This document shows positions 61,120 to 64,000 of a stretch of DNA of 64,000 nt, one piece after another. The position numbers and the translations under genes were made by a program. Where the stretch lies: contig NC_045697.1 of NCBI RefSeq assembly GCF_009834535.1, positions 68,512,001 to 68,576,000 on the forward strand, given 5' to 3'. Below the pieces are notes generated by a model, which made no database searches, was not told where the DNA came from, and saw only the letters and a program-made list of their open reading frames with translations. Numbering within the stretch: position 1 is the first letter of the stretch; the number at the start of each line of letters is the position of its first letter. The stretch is from Camelus ferus (Eukaryota).

Positions 61120-62400
61120 TGTCTTGGGAAAGGGAGTCTCGTGTTTACAGTCTTTTGACCCCCTCCTCAGCCTCATAAGAATGGCTCTTGGGCCTAGAAC
61201 ACTTCCTCACCAACAGAAAGGGAAGCTTCCTTCCCTGTTGGTGGAAATATAAATTGGTGTAGTCATTTTGGAAAACTGGGGATTTCTCAAAAAACTAAAA
61301 ATAGAACTACCATACAATCCAGCAGTTTCATTCCTGGGTATCTATCCAAAACAAACTAACAAAACAAAAACACTAATTTGAAATGATACATGCACTCTGT
61401 TGTTCATAACAGCATTATTTACAATTACAAAGGTATAAAAGCAATGTGTCCATCAACAGATGACTAGATAAAGATGATACATATATATATATATATATAT
61501 ATCATCACACACACAAACACACATATATATACACTCACACACACACACAATGGAATACTACTCAGCCACAAAAGTGAATGAAATTTTGCCCTCTTCAGCA
61601 ACATGGGTGGACATAGAGGGCATTACTGCTAAGTGAAATAAGTAAGTCAGAGAAAGACAAATACTGTACGGTATCACTTATATGTAGAATCTAAAAAATA
61701 CAACAAAATAGTAAATAAAACAAAAGTAGATTTACAGACATAGAGAACAAACTTGTGGTTACCAGTGGGGAGAGGGAAGGTGGGAGGGTCAATACAGGGG
61801 TGGGGCTGGGGATAAAAAGAGAAAAAAGGGTTACTATGGGATTATGTGGAAATCATGTGTATGAAACTTTTGAAAATTGTAAAGCACTATAGGATGTAAA
61901 GAATCTTTCATTCGGTTAAAAGAAAAATTTAAAAAAAAGACTTGGAAAAAAAAAGGCCCACACAGCCTGCACCACTGATCACTTGTGTGTAAGTATCTTT
62001 CCCTATTTCAAGCTCAGCAGGCGTCTTTGGTTCTGTTCAAGTGTGTGTGCCGTAGGGCACTTGTTCAACTCACTGCTATATCTGCCCTTCACAGGGAGGG
62101 GCTCTTCCACTGCAGCGTGAGAGGGATGCGCATAGGAGAACTGCTCCACTTTGGCTGCTGAAAGAGACCTGCGGGCCGTAGGGAGCCGACCCACACTATA
62201 GAAGCTGATCTTGCTCCGTGCCTTCTCTGTGTAAGTAAAGCATTGTTTCATCCGGTGCTCGATGCATTGCCTTCCTTTGACTCTCCGATACCAAGATGCA
62301 ATGGGTAGAGGTGTTTGGATCTTGTTCCTGGTGGTTGTCACAGTGATGATCTCTGCTCTCTTCCGTGTAGCTGGGGAGTCTTCCCCTGGGACTGGGGACA
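61120..62400 (+). mobile_element. ERVL solo LTR (MER74/MER73/MER88-like) split by an L1
   Basis: Starts TGTCTTGGGAAAGGGAGTC...GGGCCTAGAACACTTCC; resumes GGCCCACACAGCCTG; contains CTGTGTAAGTAAAGCATTGTTTCATCC and CTCCGATACCAAGATGCA; ends GGGACTGGGGACA. Confidence 0.75.
61214..61954 (+). mobile_element. 5'-truncated L1 3' end with poly(A)
   Basis: CTGTTGGTGGAAATATAAATTGGTG...AAAACTAAAAATAGAACTACCATACAATCCAGCA...AATGGAATACTACTCAGCCA...GAAACTTTTGAAAATTGTAAAGCACTATAG, then an A-rich tail. Internal (AT)n(AC)n. Confidence 0.92.
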
Positions 62401-62944
62401 AGTGTATAGTGTTCTTCTGGACGTTAGGCCTCTTCTTCTCTCAAGCTGTTGGTATTGGGGCCTGAGGAATTTATGTTTTATTTTTGTTTAAGTCTTGTAC
62501 TTCTGGTTAGATTCAGTTCCCCGTTGGCTTCAATTATTTGAGGGGAATATCTTCTTTCCTTCAGAAGCTGAGAGGCTAGAAATGTAGGGCTCTGTTTCTG
62601 AAAACAGCGTTATGATTTGAGAATGATCTTTGGAGGATGTAATACATTTTTATTATCTTAGATGTTTATTCTTTAAATGGACTTTTGGTAGTTTAAAAAT
62701 AAATAGCCATACGTCAATTTGGTTAAATAAAATTTGTGTGAACAAAGGGTAAAATGTTGTGATTACAGTCAGATAATGTGGCCCCAAGGGGAAGATACTG
62801 ATTTCTTGGGGTGCCTTATGATCTGTTCCAAAGCAAAGTTCATAGCAGATTTCAAGCAATGACAGTCACTTTGGACTAGGTATACTACTCAGGGCACTAC
62901 TTTGAAAAAGGTCATGTGTCTGAATCAGTAATTTGTTCTAGCCT

Positions 62945-63099
62945 AGGGCTTCTCACAATATAGTGTGCATACAGATGACTTGGAGATCTTATTAAAATAT
63001 AGGTTCTAATTCAGTAGATATGAAATAAAGCCTGAGATTCAGATTTCTACTCAGCTCCTAAGTGATGCCAACCCTTGGATCACAGTTTGAGTGGCAATG
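62945..63099. mobile_element. MER5-like hAT-Charlie MITE
   Basis: GCATACAGATGACTTGGAGATCTTATTAAAAT...TTCTAATTCAGTAG...GCCTGAGATTC...GATCACAGTTTGAGTGGC. Confidence 0.75.
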
Positions 63100-63144
63100 A
63101 TTTTGTCTTCTGGTCCAGGAAGTCAAAATGCCTGACTCCCAGCT

Positions 63145-63575
63145 TAGAATAGCTAGCTTCCAGCATGGCCCTGCATGATCTGTCCCTCCTGGTATTAAAC
63201 CTTGTATGTTCCCCGACTTTGACCAATTATGACGGAAGTGATGTACCATTAGGTTACCAAAGGCACTGTGGCTTCTGCCTTGGTTTCTTATTTCTAGCTC
63301 AGATTCCTCACTGTGTGGACACTGTCATATCATGAACATCCATGTGGGGAGGCTGACCTGGTAAGGAACTGAGGCCTAAAGCCAACTGGCAGAGCAGAGC
63401 TGAGAGGGATTCAGAGGGGATCCTCCAACCCTGTTTAAGCCATCAGATGACTATAACCTCAGACACCAGTTTGCCTAAAACCTCATGAGAGACCCTGAGC
63501 CAGAACCAGCCAACTAAGCTGTTTCTGGGTTGCTAACCCTCAGAAACGCCTAAATAATGAAGGTTTATTATGTTA
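63145..63575 (+). mobile_element. MaLR solo LTR (MLT1E/F-like), decayed
   Basis: GGCACTGTGGCTTCTGCCTTG, GGTAAGGAACTGAGGCCT, CCTCATGAGAGACCCTGAGCCAGAACCAGCCAACTAAGCTG. Confidence 0.75.
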
Positions 63576-63687
63576 ATTGGGGAGTCCTTTCTTAAGGGAG
63601 TTGCACAAGTCACTTCACTTCTCTATCTGAAATACAATGGTGTCGGTGAATTTTGGAGAAACGAGAACCAGAACTTTTTATTTTGGG

Positions 63688-64000
63688 TGCTTTACTGGGT
63701 TTAATTGTGTCACCTCCCTATCCACACCCTCCTCATATGTTTAAATCCTAAGGCCAGGTACCTGTGAACATGACCTTATTTGGAAATAGGGCTTTGCAGA
63801 TGTAATCAAGTTAAGATGAGATCATTCTGGGTTAGGTTGGGCCCTATATCCAATGACTGGTGTCCTTACAAGGAGAGATTCTGAGGCACAGATACACAGG
63901 GAAGAAGGCCATGTGACAACAGAGGCAGAGAACAGGGCACTGTGGCTGGACAGGGAGTGATAATGATCTCCAGCAACCCCCAGAAGCCAGGAAAAGGCAA
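63688..64000 (+). mobile_element. MaLR solo LTR (MLT1B/C-like), runs off window end
   Basis: TGACCTTATTTGGAAATAGGGCTTTGCAGATGTAATCAAGTTAAGATGAG...ATCCAATGACTGGTGTCCTT...GAAGGCCATGTGAC...CCAGAAGCCAGGA. Confidence 0.9.

Noticed and set aside
62003..62401. Longest ORF (132 aa, minus strand)
   Set aside because: Lies almost entirely antisense within the MER74-like LTR and has no recognisable domain.
845..63249. All ORFs in the supplied six-frame track as genes
   Set aside because: All are 60-132 aa, many start at non-ATG codons, many lie in L1, LTR or L2 remnants, and none resembles a protein family I recognise.
1..64000. CRISPR arrays, operons or other prokaryotic/viral systems
   Set aside because: The sequence is mammalian repeat-rich DNA; no regularly spaced repeat-spacer array or gene-dense region was seen.

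Overview
AT-rich, CpG-depleted mammalian non-coding DNA (intergenic or deep intronic). A Vic-1-type tRNA-derived SINE and camelid-type L1 3' ends point to a camelid (camel/llama/alpaca) genome. I cannot support any protein-coding gene: the supplied ORFs are short chance frames or repeat-derived. Much of the window is transposon fossils (L1 of several ages, L2, L3/CR1, MIR, MaLR/ERVL/ERV1 solo LTRs, hAT and Tigger MITEs), interspersed with repeat-poor blocks that may be conserved enhancers. I found no new multi-gene system. The best signals are retrotransposition by-products visible at base level: a tRNA-Tyr 5' half fused to the 5' end of an L1 inside one target-site duplication (TSD), a probable L1 3' transduction nested in that same L1, an L1 with its 5'UTR joined directly to mid-ORF2, a terminal twin-priming-type micro-inversion, an unexplained CpG-retaining insert in an L2, and a nested fold-back inverted repeat. 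Repeat family names come from my recollection of consensus sequences and need Dfam/RepeatMasker confirmation. Boundaries without a stated TSD are approximate.
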